Source: a virus (lineage: Duplodnaviria; Heunggongvirae; Uroviricota; Caudoviricetes). From it: a stretch of DNA of 47,998 bases. Under the pieces are notes generated by a model that ran no database searches, was not told the origin of the DNA, and saw only the letters and a list, made by a program, of their open reading frames with translations. Location: the IMG/VR virus record IMGVR_UViG_2687453188_000002, one strand, 5' to 3'. Below, one piece after another: positions 25,391-35,982 of this stretch. Both the position numbers and the translations under genes were made by a program. Numbering within the stretch: position 1 is the first letter of the stretch; each line of letters begins with the position of its first letter.

Positions 25391-25939
25391 ATGAAGGTTA
25401 ATAAAAAGAGGCTTGCCGAAATTTTCAACGTGGACCCGCGGACGATTGAACGCTGGCAGTCTCAGGGACTCCCTTGCGCCTCCAAAGGTAGTAAGGGCAT
25501 TGAATCTGTATTTGATACTGCCATGGCAATTCAGTGGTATGCGCAGAGGGAAACTGATATCGAAAACGAAAAGCTCCGCAAAGAACTGGACGATTTGCGT
25601 GCGGCAGCGGAGTCAGATTTACAACCCGGCACCATTGACTATGAACGCTACCGGCTCACAAAAGCGCAGGCAGATGCGCAGGAACTGAAAAATGCCCGTG
25701 AAGACGGAGTAGTGCTGGAAACTGAACTGTTTACCTTCATTCTGCAACGTGTGGCACAGGAGATTTCGGGGATACTTGTGCGTGTGCCGTTGACATTACA
25801 GCGTAAATATCCGGACATTTCACCATCACACCTTGATGTGGTGAAAACTGAAATCGCGAAAGCCTCCAATGTTGCAGCTAAGGCCGGTGAAAACGTGGGC
25901 GGGTGGATCGATGATTTCAGACGCGCAGAAGGCAGCTAA
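25391..25939 (+). CDS. nu1: Terminase small subunit Nu1
   Basis: 182 aa, closely parallel to lambda Nu1 ([28 protein letters not shown]... [14 protein letters not shown] ... [20 protein letters not shown]). Confidence 0.9.
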
Positions 25940-27839
25940 TGCAGCCGGTGCGATAGCTACAGGGCTTTTATCTCTCATTATTCCTGTTCCACTGACGACA
26001 GTTCAGTGGGCCAATAAACATTATTACCTTCCTAAAGAGTCGTCTTATACCCCCGGGCGGTGGGAAACACTGCCGTTTCAGGTTGGCATCATGAACTGTA
26101 TGGGCAACGATCTGATTCGCACGGTTAACCTGATTAAATCTGCCCGTGTTGGTTATACAAAGATGTTGCTGGGAGTGGAGGCTTATTTTATTGAGCATAA
26201 ATCACGCAACAGCCTTCTTTTTCAGCCCACGGACTCAGCTGCTGAAGATTTTATGAAATCTCATGTTGAGCCAACGATAAGGGATGTTCCTGCATTGCTG
26301 GAGCTGGCTCCATGGTTCGGAAGAAAACACCGCGATAATACGCTCACCCTGAAGCGTTTTTCCTCCGGTGTGGGGTTCTGGTGTCTGGGTGGTGCGGCAG
26401 CAAAAAACTACCGTGAAAAATCCGTGGATGTGGTCTGTTATGACGAGCTTTCCTCGTTCGAACCGGATGTTGAAAAAGAGGGTTCGCCAACCCTGCTGGG
26501 GGATAAACGTATTGAGGGCTCTGTATGGCCAAAATCCATTCGCGGCTCGACGCCTAAAATCAAAGGCTCCTGCCAGATCGAAAAAGCCGCTAACGAGTCG
26601 GCACACTTCATGCGTTTTTATGTGCCCTGTCCGCACTGTGGGGAGGAGCAGTATCTGAAATTTGGCGATGATGCCTCGCCTTTCGGTCTTAAGTGGGAGA
26701 AGAATAAACCAGAAAGTGTTTTCTACCTTTGTGAGCATCATGGCTGTGTGATCCATCAGTCTGAGCTTGACCAGAGTAACGGGCGGTGGATCTGTGAAAA
26801 CACGGGCATGTGGACCCGTGACGGCCTGATGTTTTTCAGCGCCCGGGGTGATGAAATTCCGCCGCCGCGTTCCATCACTTTCCATATCTGGACGGCGTAC
26901 AGTCCGTTCACCACCTGGGTACAGATTGTCTATGACTGGCTGGATGCACTGAAAGATCCCAACGGCCTGAAAACCTTTGTGAACACCACGCTGGGCGAGA
27001 CCTGGGAAGAGGCCGTGGGCGAAAAACTCGATCACCAGGTACTGATGGATAAGGTTGTGCGTTACACGGCGGCGGTGCCTGCCCGGGTGGTTTATCTGAC
27101 GGCGGGCATTGACTCGCAGCGAAACCGTTTCGAGATGTATGTCTGGGGATGGGCTCCGGGAGAGGAAGCCTTTCTGGTGGATAAAATCATCATTATGGGG
27201 CGTCCCGATGAGGAAGAGACGCTGTTACGTTTGGATGCGGCGATCAACAAAAAATACCGCCATGCAGACGGAACCGAAATGACTATTTCCCGTGTCTGCT
27301 GGGACATCGGGGGGATCGATGGCGAAATCGTTTATCAGAGGTCAAAAAAACACGGTGTTTTCCGGGTGCTGCCGGTAAAAGGCGCATCTGTCTATGGCAA
27401 GCCGGTGATCACCATGCCAAAAACCCGCAATCAGCGGGGCGTGTATCTGTGTGAAGTGGGGACGGACACCGCAAAAGAAATTCTCTATGCCCGTATGAAA
27501 GCCGATCCCACGCCTGTGGATGAAGCCACGTCGTATGCCATCCGTTTTCCTGATGATCCGGAGATTTTTTCGCAGACAGAGGCGCAGCAACTGGTCGCGG
27601 AAGAGCTTGTGGAGAAGTGGGAAAAAGGAAAGATGCGTCTGCTGTGGGATAACAAAAAGCGGCGTAACGAAGCGCTGGACTGCCTGGTGTATGCCTACGC
27701 GGCATTACGTGTGTCCGTGCAACGCTGGCAGCTTGATCTGGCTGTACTGGCAAAATCCCGGGAAGAAGAGACGACCCGGCCAACCCTTAAAGAACTGGCA
27801 GCGAAGCTGTCCGGAGGAGTGAATGGTTACAGTCGCTGA
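25911..27839 (+). CDS. A: Terminase large subunit (gpA)
   Basis: Lambda A-like throughout ([25 protein letters not shown] ... [14 protein letters not shown] ... [16 protein letters not shown]). Start taken at an internal ATG overlapping the Nu1 end; the exact start is uncertain. Confidence 0.88.
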
Positions 27840-28029
27840 ACTGCAGGCGCTGCGTCAGGCGCGCCTTGATTTATTAACCGGTAAACGGGTGGTGTCTGTC
27901 CAGAAAGATGGTCGCAGAATTGAATATACGGCGGCTTCTCTGGATGAGCTTAACCGGGCGATCAATGATGCGGAGTCGGTACTGGGGACAACCCGGCGTC
28001 GCCGTCGTCCGCTGGGAGTGAGGTTATGA
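27823..28029 (+). CDS. W: Head-tail joining protein W
   Basis: 68 aa similar to lambda gpW (LTGKRVVSVQKDGRRIEYTAASL). Confidence 0.85.
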   Translation: MVTVAELQALRQARLDLLTGKRVVSVQKDGRRIEYTAASLDELNRAINDAESVLGTTRRRRRPLGVRL

Positions 28030-29618
28030 AACGAACGCCTGTCCTGATTGATGTGAACGGCGTTCCGCTTCGTGATAGTCTCAGCTACAACGGGGGCGGT
28101 GCAGGATTTGGCGGGCAAATGGCTGAGTGGTTGCCACCGGCGCAGAGTGCCGATGCGGCCCTGCTGCCCGCGTTGCGTCTGGGGAATGCCCGGGCAGATG
28201 ATCTGGTGCGCAATAACGGAATAGCGGCCAATGCGGTGGCCCTGCATAAGGATCACATTGTCGGGCATATGTTTCTGATTAGCTACCGTCCGAACTGGCG
28301 CTGGCTGGGGATGCGGGAGACCGCGGCAAAAAGTTTTGTCGATGAGGTGGAGGCGGCCTGGTCAGAATACGCAGAAGGGATGTTTGGTGAGATCGACGTG
28401 GAAGGGAAACGCACGTTTACGGAATTTATCCGTGAAGGTGTGGGCGTTCATGCGTTTAACGGCGAAATCTTTGTGCAGCCGGTCTGGGATACGGAGAGCA
28501 CGCAACTGTTTCGTACGCGTTTTAAAGCCGTGAGTCCGAAACGGGTGGACACGCCAGGACACGGTATCGGGAACCGTTTTCTGCGGGCCGGTGTGGAGGT
28601 TGATCGATATGGCCGTGCCGTTGCGTACCATATCTGTGAGGATGATTTTCCTCGCTCCGGGAGTGGACGATGGGAACGGATCCCGCGTGAACTTCCCACC
28701 GGGCGTCCGGCCATGCTGCATATTTTCGAGCCGGTGGAGGACGGGCAGACCCGTGGAGCCAATCAGTTTTACAGCGTTATGGAACGGCTGAAGATGCTGG
28801 ATTCCCTGCAGGCAACACAGCTTCAGTCGGCCATAGTGAAGGCGATGTATGCAGCGACGATTGAAAGTGACCTTGATACCGAAAAGGCCTTTGAATATAT
28901 CGCCGGTGCGCCGCAGGGGCAGAAGGATAATCCGCTTATTAATATTCTGGATAAGTTCTCCACCTGGTATGACACGAATAGCGTGACGCTGGGCGGTGTC
29001 AAAATTCCGCACCTTTTCCCCGGTGATGATCTGAAACTTCAGACCGCGCAGGATTCAGACAATGGATTTTCGGCGCTTGAACAGGCGCTGCTGCGGTATA
29101 TCGCCGCCGGTCTTGGCGTTTCCTACGAACAGTTGTCCCGTGATTACTCGAAGGTCAGTTATTCAAGTGCCCGCGCCTCCGCCAATGAGTCGTGGCGCTA
29201 TTTTATGGGGCGGCGAAAATTTATTGCGTCCCGGCTGGCCACGCAGATGTTTTCCTGCTGGCTGGAAGAGGCACTTCTTCGGGGGATTATTCGTCCGCCA
29301 CGGGCACGTTTTGATTTTTATCAGGCGCGTTCAGCCTGGTCACGGGCTGAGTGGATTGGTGCCGGAAGAATGGCCATTGACGGGCTCAAGGAGGTTCAGG
29401 AATCGGTGATGCGTATTGATTCCGGACTGAGCACGTATGAGAAAGAGCTGGCGCTGATGGGCGAGGATTATCAGGACATTTTCCGCCAGCAGGTCAGGGA
29501 ATCTGCAGAGCGGGAAAAAGCCGGACTCTCACGTCCGGTGTGGATAGCGCAGGCGTATCAGCAGCAGATAGCGGAGAGTCGCAGGCCGGAAGAGGAGACA
29601 ACACCACGTGAGACGTAA
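28026..29618 (+). CDS. B: Portal protein B
   Basis: 530 aa in the lambda portal position and of matching size. Confidence 0.88.
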   Translation: MKRTPVLIDVNGVPLRDSLSYNGGGAGFGGQMAEWLPPAQSADAALLPALRLGNARADDLVRNNGIAANAVALHKDHIVGHMFLISYRPNWRWLGMRETAAKSFVDEVEAAWSEYAEGMFGEIDVEGKRTFTEFIREGVGVHAFNGEIFVQPVWDTESTQLFRTRFKAVSPKRVDTPGHGIGNRFLRAGVEVDRYGRAVAYHICEDDFPRSGSGRWERIPRELPTGRPAMLHIFEPVEDGQTRGANQFYSVMERLKMLDSLQATQLQSAIVKAMYAATIESDLDTEKAFEYIAGAPQGQKDNPLINILDKFSTWYDTNSVTLGGVKIPHLFPGDDLKLQTAQDSDNGFSALEQALLRYIAAGLGVSYEQLSRDYSKVSYSSARASANESWRYFMGRRKFIASRLATQMFSCWLEEALLRGIIRPPRARFDFYQARSAWSRAEWIGAGRMAIDGLKEVQESVMRIDSGLSTYEKELALMGEDYQDIFRQQVRESAEREKAGLSRPVWIAQAYQQQIAESRRPEEETTPRET

Positions 29619-31113
29619 TCTTTCACACATTATTGCAGCAGCATTCAATGAACCGCTGCTTCTGGAGCCCGCCTATGCGCGGGTTTTCTTTTGCGCGCTC
29701 GGGCGCGAGATGGGGGCAGCAAGTCTTTCGGTACCACAACAGCAGGTACAGCTTGATGCACCCGGAATGCTGGCTGAAACGGACGAGTACATGGCCGGAG
29801 GTAAACGACCGGCCCGTGTTTACCGGGTGGTGAACGGTATTGCTGTACTGCCGGTGACAGGCACGCTGGTGCACCGGCTGGGGGGTATGCGGCCATTTTC
29901 CGGAATGACAGGCTATGACGGCATTGTCGCCTGTCTTCAGCAGGCAATGGCGGATAGCCAGGTGCGGGGCGTACTGCTGGACATTGACAGTCCGGGCGGG
30001 CAGGCCGCCGGTGCGTTTGACTGTGCTGACATGATTTACCGCCTCCGTCAGCAGAAGCCGGTCTGGGCACTGTGCAATGACACGGCCTGTTCTGCAGCCA
30101 TGCTGCTGGCGTCGGCCTGCTCCCGACGACTGGTTACCCAGACATCCCGTATCGGCTCCATTGGCGTGATGATGAGCCATGTCAGCTATGCCGGTCATCT
30201 GGCGCAGGCCGGGGTGGATATCACGCTGATTTATGCCGGGGCGCACAAGGTGGATGGCAATCAGTTTGAAGCCTTACCGGCAGAGGTGCGTCAGGACATG
30301 CAGCAGCGGGTTGATGCGGCGCACCGGATGTTTGCCGAAAAAGTGGCGATGTATACCGGGTTGTCTGTGGATGCGGTCACGGGAACAGAGGCCGCCGTTT
30401 TTGAAGGTCAGTCCGGCATTGAGGCCGGGCTGGCGGATGAATTAATCAATGCGTCGGATGCCATCAGTGTGATGGCCACGGCGCTGAACAGTAATGTCAG
30501 AGGAGGCACTATGCCGCAATTAACTGCAACGGAAGCCGCCGTGCAGGAGAACCAGCGAGTGATGGGGATCCTGACATGCCAGGAAGCGAAAGGACGTGAA
30601 CAGCTTGCCACGATGCTGGCAGGGCAACAGGGCATGAGCGTTGAACAGGCCCGGGCGATTCTGGCCGCGGCGGCACCGCAGCAGCTGGTGGCATCCGCGC
30701 AGAGTGAAGCCGATCGCATTATGGCGTGTGAAGAAGCGAACGGTCGTGAACAACTGGCGGCAACGCTGGCGGCGATGCCGGAGATGACGGTGGAAAAAGC
30801 CCGCCCGATCCTGGCGGCTGCACCACTGGCGGATGCCGGGCCCTCACTTCGTGATCAGATCATGGCCCTGGATGAGGCAAAAGGGGCAGAAGCGCAGGCT
30901 GAAAAACTGGCGGCCTGCCCGGGAATGACCGTGGAGAACGCCCGGGCTGTGCTGGCTGCGGGATCAGGTAAGGCCGAACCGGTCTCTGCATCCACAACCG
31001 CCCTGTTTGAACATTTCATGGCGAATCATTCACCGGCAGCGGTGCGGGGTGGCGTGTCACAGACGTCAGCAGACGGTGATGCGGACGTGAAAATGCTCAT
31101 GGCCATGCCATGA
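29608..31113 (+). CDS. C: Capsid assembly protease C (S49 family) with in-frame Nu3-like scaffold region and three tandem protein repeats
   Basis: 501 aa. S49 ClpP-like protease N-terminal part, then three roughly 45-aa repeats (...C.EA.GREQLA..LA....M.VE.AR.ILAAA...). GTG start as in the track. Confidence 0.8.
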   Translation: MRRNLSHIIAAAFNEPLLLEPAYARVFFCALGREMGAASLSVPQQQVQLDAPGMLAETDEYMAGGKRPARVYRVVNGIAVLPVTGTLVHRLGGMRPFSGMTGYDGIVACLQQAMADSQVRGVLLDIDSPGGQAAGAFDCADMIYRLRQQKPVWALCNDTACSAAMLLASACSRRLVTQTSRIGSIGVMMSHVSYAGHLAQAGVDITLIYAGAHKVDGNQFEALPAEVRQDMQQRVDAAHRMFAEKVAMYTGLSVDAVTGTEAAVFEGQSGIEAGLADELINASDAISVMATALNSNVRGGTMPQLTATEAAVQENQRVMGILTCQEAKGREQLATMLAGQQGMSVEQARAILAAAAPQQLVASAQSEADRIMACEEANGREQLAATLAAMPEMTVEKARPILAAAPLADAGPSLRDQIMALDEAKGAEAQAEKLAACPGMTVENARAVLAAGSGKAEPVSASTTALFEHFMANHSPAAVRGGVSQTSADGDADVKMLMAMP

Positions 31114-31149
31114 AGTCAGTGCTGACCATCAATATGAGGTTTTAACAAA

Positions 31150-31497
31150 ATGGTGACGAAAACCATCACTGAACAGCGTGCGGAAGTACGTATTTTTGCC
31201 GGTAATGATCCGGCTCATACCGCCACAGGCAGCAGCGGGATTTCTTCTGCAACACCGGCTCTGACGCCCCTGATGCTGGATGAAGCCACCGGGAAACTGG
31301 TGGTCTGGGATGGACAGAAAGCCGGTAGTGCGGTTGGCATACTGGTACTGCCGCTTGAAGGCACCGAGACGGTGCTGACCTATTACAAGTCGGGGACCTT
31401 TGCGACGGAGGCAATCCGCTGGCCTGACAGTGTGGATGAACACAAAAAGGCAAATGCCTTTGCCGGCACAGCCCTGAGTCACGCGGCTCTGCCGTAA
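31150..31497 (+). CDS. D: Head decoration protein D
   Basis: 115 aa similar to lambda gpD (NDPAHTAT ... TPLMLD ... LVVWDG ... VGIL ... YKSGTF). Confidence 0.85.
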   Translation: MVTKTITEQRAEVRIFAGNDPAHTATGSSGISSATPALTPLMLDEATGKLVVWDGQKAGSAVGILVLPLEGTETVLTYYKSGTFATEAIRWPDSVDEHKKANAFAGTALSHAALP

Positions 31498-31554
31498 CAC
31501 GTTATCAGGCCACCATGGTGGCCTGACTGATTTCTTAATGAAAGGAACTGATTT

Positions 31555-32583
31555 ATGGGATTGTTTACGACCCGCCAGTTACTCGGTTATACCGAACAAA
31601 AAGTTAAATTCCGTGCGCTGTTTCTGGAGCTGTTTTTCCGCCGTACGGTGAATTTCCACACCGAAGAGGTGATGCTGGACAAAATTACCGGAAAAACGCC
31701 GGTGGCGGCCTATGTCTCCCCGATCGTTGAAGGAAAAGTGCTTCGCCATCGCGGTGGTGAAACCCGCGTGTTACGTCCGGGCTACGTCAAGCCCAAACAC
31801 GAATTTAATTACCAGCAGGCGGTTGAGCGCCTTCCTGGTGAAGATCCGGCTCAGCTGAACGACCCGGCCTACCGTCGTCTGCGTATCATTACCGATAACC
31901 TCAAACAGGAAGAGCACGCTATTGTCCAGGTGGAAGAAATGCAGGCGGTGAATGCCGTGCTGTATGGCAAATACACCATGGAAGGGGAACAGTTTGACAC
32001 GGTCGAGGTGGATTTCGGACGCTCTGAAGGAAATAACATTGAGCAGGCCGACGGTAAAAAATGGTCTGAGCAGGACCGTGATACGTTTGATCCGACGCAT
32101 GATATTGACCTTTACTGCGATCAGGCCAGCGGTCTTGTGAATATTGCCATTATGGACGGTACGGTCTGGCGTCTGCTGAATGGCTTTAAGCTGTTCCGCG
32201 AAAAACTGGATACCCGTCGCGGCTCAAATTCACAACTCGAAACGGCAGTGAAAGACCTGGGAGCGGTGGTGTCTTTCAAAGGGTATTACGGTGATCTGGC
32301 CATTGTGGTGGCGAAAACGTCTTATGTGGCAGACGACGGTACCGAAAAACGTTATCTGCCGGTGGGCACACTGGTCCTGGGGAATACGGCAGCAGAGGGC
32401 ATTCGTTGCTATGGTGCCATTCAGGATGCGCAGGCGTTGTCCGAAGGTGTGGTGGCCTCTTCCCGTTATCCGAAACACTGGCTGACTGTGGGCGATCCGG
32501 CCCGTGAATTCACCATGACGCAGTCCGCACCGCTGATGGTGCTGCCGGATCCGGATGAGTTTGTGGTGGTGCAGGTGAAATAA
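31555..32583 (+). CDS. E: Major capsid protein E
   Basis: 342 aa closely matching lambda gpE (YVSPIV ... PGYVKPKHE ... DPAYRRLRII ... TGDPAREFTM.QSAPLM.L.DPDEFV.VQ). Confidence 0.9.
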   Translation: MGLFTTRQLLGYTEQKVKFRALFLELFFRRTVNFHTEEVMLDKITGKTPVAAYVSPIVEGKVLRHRGGETRVLRPGYVKPKHEFNYQQAVERLPGEDPAQLNDPAYRRLRIITDNLKQEEHAIVQVEEMQAVNAVLYGKYTMEGEQFDTVEVDFGRSEGNNIEQADGKKWSEQDRDTFDPTHDIDLYCDQASGLVNIAIMDGTVWRLLNGFKLFREKLDTRRGSNSQLETAVKDLGAVVSFKGYYGDLAIVVAKTSYVADDGTEKRYLPVGTLVLGNTAAEGIRCYGAIQDAQALSEGVVASSRYPKHWLTVGDPAREFTMTQSAPLMVLPDPDEFVVVQVK

Positions 32584-32634
32584 TCCGTGAGCGGGGGCGA
32601 AATGCCCCCGTGTCTTTTTTCACAGGAGGCTGAG

Positions 32635-33018
32635 ATGGCAACAAAAGAAGAAAATCTGAATCGTCTTCGTCAACTTGCTGGCCTGCTGGGGCGCGAGGCG
32701 GATATGTCGGGGAGTGCTGCGGATATTGCGCAACGTGTGTCTGAGTGGGAAGAGGAGCTTGCTGTTTCCCCGGAGGGCATTATGCACTCTGATGAGAGCG
32801 GGGCTGATCAAAATCACACAGACGATGGTGAGCAGTTGAACAACACGGATGCTCCGGATGATGTTAAAGCCGTCCGGGTACGGAAGTGCCTGCAAGTAAT
32901 GGGGTATTGCCCGGAGACAGGTCGTCCCGTTGAGCTGGCGTTACGGGGTATGCGTGTTCTGGTGCCATCATCACTGGCAACGGCCATGATACAGCACGGA
33001 ACGGCTGAATATGCGTGA
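32635..33018 (+). CDS. FI: DNA-packaging protein FI
   Basis: 127 aa from ATG behind an AGGAGG Shine-Dalgarno; acidic middle and position between E and FII as in lambda. Confidence 0.6.
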   Translation: MATKEENLNRLRQLAGLLGREADMSGSAADIAQRVSEWEEELAVSPEGIMHSDESGADQNHTDDGEQLNNTDAPDDVKAVRVRKCLQVMGYCPETGRPVELALRGMRVLVPSSLATAMIQHGTAEYA

Positions 33019-33364
33019 TTTTCAGAATGCCTTTGATGCTGCCCTCGCCGGGGTAGACAGTACGATCGTTGAAGTGATGGGGCTCTGTGCGCAGTTCACC
33101 TCGGGGGCACAGTGTGGCAGCGAAGTTCAGGGGGTTTTTGACGATCCGGAGTCGCTGGGGTTTGCCGGTGGCGGGGTCCGTATTGAAGGAAGCAGCCCGT
33201 CATTATTTGTGCGGACGGATACGGTTCGTGCCGTGCGGCGTGGTGACACGCTGACCATTAATGGTGAGACATTCTGGGTGGATCGTGTTTCTCCGGATGA
33301 CGGGGGCAGCTGTTATCTCTGGCTCAACCGTGGGCAACCACCCGCAGTTAACCGGCGACGATAA
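33011..33364 (+). CDS. FII: Head-tail connector protein FII
   Basis: 117 aa similar to lambda gpFII (GVRIEGSSPSLFVRTD ... RRGDTLTI ... FWVDRVSPDDGGSCYLWL ... PPAVNRRR). Confidence 0.85.
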   Translation: MRDFQNAFDAALAGVDSTIVEVMGLCAQFTSGAQCGSEVQGVFDDPESLGFAGGGVRIEGSSPSLFVRTDTVRAVRRGDTLTINGETFWVDRVSPDDGGSCYLWLNRGQPPAVNRRR

Positions 33365-33378
33365 ACGCAGGGTGAATT

Positions 33379-33954
33379 ATGGCGATAAAAGGGCTTGATC
33401 AGGCGATTGACAATCTGAGCCGGGTTCGTAAAAACGCCATTCCGGCTGCTTCTGCAATGACCATTAACCGCGTGGCCACAACGGCGATTAATCAGTCTTC
33501 GTCACAGGTTGCCCGGGAAACCAGGGTGAGACGGAAACTGGTAAAGGAACGGTCCAGACTGAAACGGGCGACGGTCAGAAATCCGAATGCCAGAATTATC
33601 GTTAACCGCGGTGATCTCCCTGTGATTAAGCTGGGGATCAGAATGCTGGGGCGTCGTCCGAACAGCATACTCAAAGCCGGTCAGCATCGTTATCAGCGGG
33701 CATTTATCCAGCGATTAAATAATGGGCGCTGGCATGTTATGCAACGTCTTCCCCAGGCCAGATATGAGGAGGGCAATGACGACAAGGGAAGGAAAAAGCG
33801 TAATCGCCTTCCCATTCAGGTGGTGAAAATCCCGATGGCGGCCCCACTGAAACAGGCATTTGATGAGAATGTTGACCGTATCCGGCGTGAACGCCTGCCT
33901 AAAGAACTGGCATACGCGCTGAAACAACAACTGAGGATTGCGATAAAACGATGA
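33379..33954 (+). CDS. Z: Tail completion protein Z
   Basis: 191 aa, lambda gpZ size and position. Confidence 0.8.
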   Translation: MAIKGLDQAIDNLSRVRKNAIPAASAMTINRVATTAINQSSSQVARETRVRRKLVKERSRLKRATVRNPNARIIVNRGDLPVIKLGIRMLGRRPNSILKAGQHRYQRAFIQRLNNGRWHVMQRLPQARYEEGNDDKGRKKRNRLPIQVVKIPMAAPLKQAFDENVDRIRRERLPKELAYALKQQLRIAIKR

Positions 33955-34346
33955 AACACACTGACATTCGTGCCGCAGTGCTGGATGCACTCGAGCAGCA
34001 TGAACACGGGGCGACGCTGTTTGATGGTCGCCCCGTTGTTTTTGACGAAGAGGATTTTCCTGCGATCGCGGTTTATCTGACGGATGCAGAGTATACCGGT
34101 GAAGAGCTGGATGCAGATACCTGGCGGGCCACACTGCATATTGAGGTGTTTTTACCGGCACAGGTACCTGATTCGGAGCTCGATCAGTGGATGGAAAGCC
34201 GGATTTATCCGGCGATGACTGCGATCCCTGCACTGGCAGGACTGATTACCACGATGGTTACGCAGGGCTATGAGTATCGTCGTGATGACGATATGGCGTT
34301 ATGGAGCTCTGCAGATCTGACTTATTCCATTACATACGAGATGTGA
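33951..34346 (+). CDS. U: Tail terminator protein U
   Basis: 131 aa near-collinear with lambda gpU ([17 protein letters not shown] ... [26 protein letters not shown] ... [13 protein letters not shown]). Confidence 0.9.
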   Translation: MKHTDIRAAVLDALEQHEHGATLFDGRPVVFDEEDFPAIAVYLTDAEYTGEELDADTWRATLHIEVFLPAQVPDSELDQWMESRIYPAMTAIPALAGLITTMVTQGYEYRRDDDMALWSSADLTYSITYEM

Positions 34347-34353
34347 GGACGAT

Positions 34354-35106
34354 ATGGCAACACCAAATCCCCTTGAGCCGGTAAAAGGTGCCGGTACCAC
34401 TCTGTGGGTTTACAACGGCAAGGGTGATGCTTATGCAAACCCGTTGTCAGACGATGACTGGCAGCGACTGGCTAAGGTGAAGGATCTGACGCCGGGCGAG
34501 ATGACGGCAGAATCCTACGATGATAACTACCTGGATGATGAAGACGCGGACTGGACCGCGACCGGGCAGGGGCAGAAATCTGCAGGTGATACCAGTTTTA
34601 CGCTGGCCTGGAAACCGGGAGAGGAAGGCCAGAAAGGGCTTATAGGCTGGTTTGAAAGCGGCGATGTCCGGGCCTATAAAATCCGTTTTCCGAATGGCAC
34701 GGTGGATGTGTTTCGTGGCTGGGTCAGCAGTATCGGTAAGGCCGTGACGGCGAAAGAAGTGATCACCCGCACGGTGAAAGTCACTAACGTGGGTAAACCT
34801 TCTGTAGCGGAAGAACGCAGCAAAATTACGCCGGTCAGTGCGATTAAGGTGACGCCGGCATCCGGTACGGTGGCAAAAGGGAAAACAACCACCCTGACGG
34901 TTTCTTTTGAGCCGGAAAGTGCAACCGACAAGACGTTCAGAGCGGTTTCCGCCGATCCGTCGAAAGCCACCATTAGTGTGAAAGATATGACAATTACGGT
35001 AAACGGCGTGGCGACAGGTAAGGTGCAGATCCCTGTGGTGAGCGGAAATGGTCAGTTCGCCGCAGTGGCTGAAGTCACCGTTACTGAAGCGGGCGCTGCA
35101 GGGTAA
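34354..35106 (+). CDS. V: Major tail protein V
   Basis: 250 aa, lambda gpV-like with a C-terminal Ig-like (Big_2-type) region. Confidence 0.88.
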   Translation: MATPNPLEPVKGAGTTLWVYNGKGDAYANPLSDDDWQRLAKVKDLTPGEMTAESYDDNYLDDEDADWTATGQGQKSAGDTSFTLAWKPGEEGQKGLIGWFESGDVRAYKIRFPNGTVDVFRGWVSSIGKAVTAKEVITRTVKVTNVGKPSVAEERSKITPVSAIKVTPASGTVAKGKTTTLTVSFEPESATDKTFRAVSADPSKATISVKDMTITVNGVATGKVQIPVVSGNGQFAAVAEVTVTEAGAAG

Positions 35107-35119
35107 ACGGAGGTAATAC

Positions 35120-35542
35120 ATGTTTCTGAAAACAGAACAATTTGAATATAACGGTATGTCCGTCACGCTTTCCGAATTGTCTGCGCTGCAGCGGTTTGAT
35201 TATATAAAGTTTGTTTCAGACGCAGAACAACAGGAGACAACGAAGCATGATGTCGTGCACATTAACCAGCGATATCTGGAAACGGCATCCCTGCTTGTGG
35301 CGATGTCGCTATGGCATACCCATTCCCTCAAAGGCACTCTGGCCTCTCCGGAGACAGAGATGCAGCAGATCCGCCGTGAAGTGATGCTGGGATGGCCTGC
35401 TGATGCACTGAATCAGGCAACGAACCGGGTGCTTTATCTTTCAGGTATGCTGGATAACCGGCACGATGCCGATCCTGAACAAACCGGGAAAGCAGAAGCG
35501 ACTGAGCCGGTAACATCAAAAAAGCATTCGAAGGCGAGCTGA
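35120..35542 (+). CDS. G: Tail assembly chaperone G
   Basis: 140 aa lambda gpG-like (MFLKTEQFEYNGMSVTLSELSALQR...). Confidence 0.85.
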   Translation: MFLKTEQFEYNGMSVTLSELSALQRFDYIKFVSDAEQQETTKHDVVHINQRYLETASLLVAMSLWHTHSLKGTLASPETEMQQIRREVMLGWPADALNQATNRVLYLSGMLDNRHDADPEQTGKAEATEPVTSKKHSKAS

Positions 35543-35982
35543 ACTTTGTCCTGAAACTGGCGCGAGAGATGGGGAGACCCGACTGGCGCGCCATGCTTGC
35601 CGGGATGACATCCACCGAATATGCCGACTGGCGACGTTTTTACTGCACGCATTATTTTCAGGATACCCAACTGGACGCTCATTTTTCCGGGCTGATGTAC
35701 GCCGTACTCAGCCTGTTTTTTGGCGATCCGGATATGCATCCGGCGGATTTCAGTCTGCTTGCTCCAGCGTGTGAGGAAGAGCAGACGGAGATGCCGGACG
35801 AGGAAGAAATGCTGATGCAGAAAGCGACAGGAGTTGCCGGAGGCGTCCGGTTCAGAGGGGACGGAGGGCGCGATATTTCACCTTCTGCGGATGTGGTGGA
35901 TGTCAGCGAGGATGATGTTGCATTAATGATGGCTTCAGCGGGGATTTCCGGAGGTGTGAGATATGTCCCAGCCAGCGGGTGA
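35120..35982 (+). CDS. GT: G-T tail assembly chaperone fusion made by programmed -1 ribosomal frameshift
   Basis: Slippery heptamer A AAA AAG at 35518-35524 in the G frame; a -1 shift enters the frame that runs without a stop through the T ORF (35569-35982). Coordinates span both segments; the product is a join. Confidence 0.7.
35518..35524 (+). other. -1 frameshift slippery site (A AAA AAG) for the G/GT switch
   Basis: Zero-frame codons AAA-AAG (Lys-Lys) near the 3' end of G. Lambda uses G GGA AAG at the equivalent position. Confidence 0.65.

Noticed and set aside
26235-27035. 266-aa minus-strand ORF inside terminase large subunit gene
   Set aside because: Antisense to a strongly supported lambda A homologue; no motif or ribosome-binding site.
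34447-35166. 239-aa minus-strand ORF antisense to major tail gene V
   Set aside because: Arg/His/Cys-rich low-complexity translation wholly within V; artefact.
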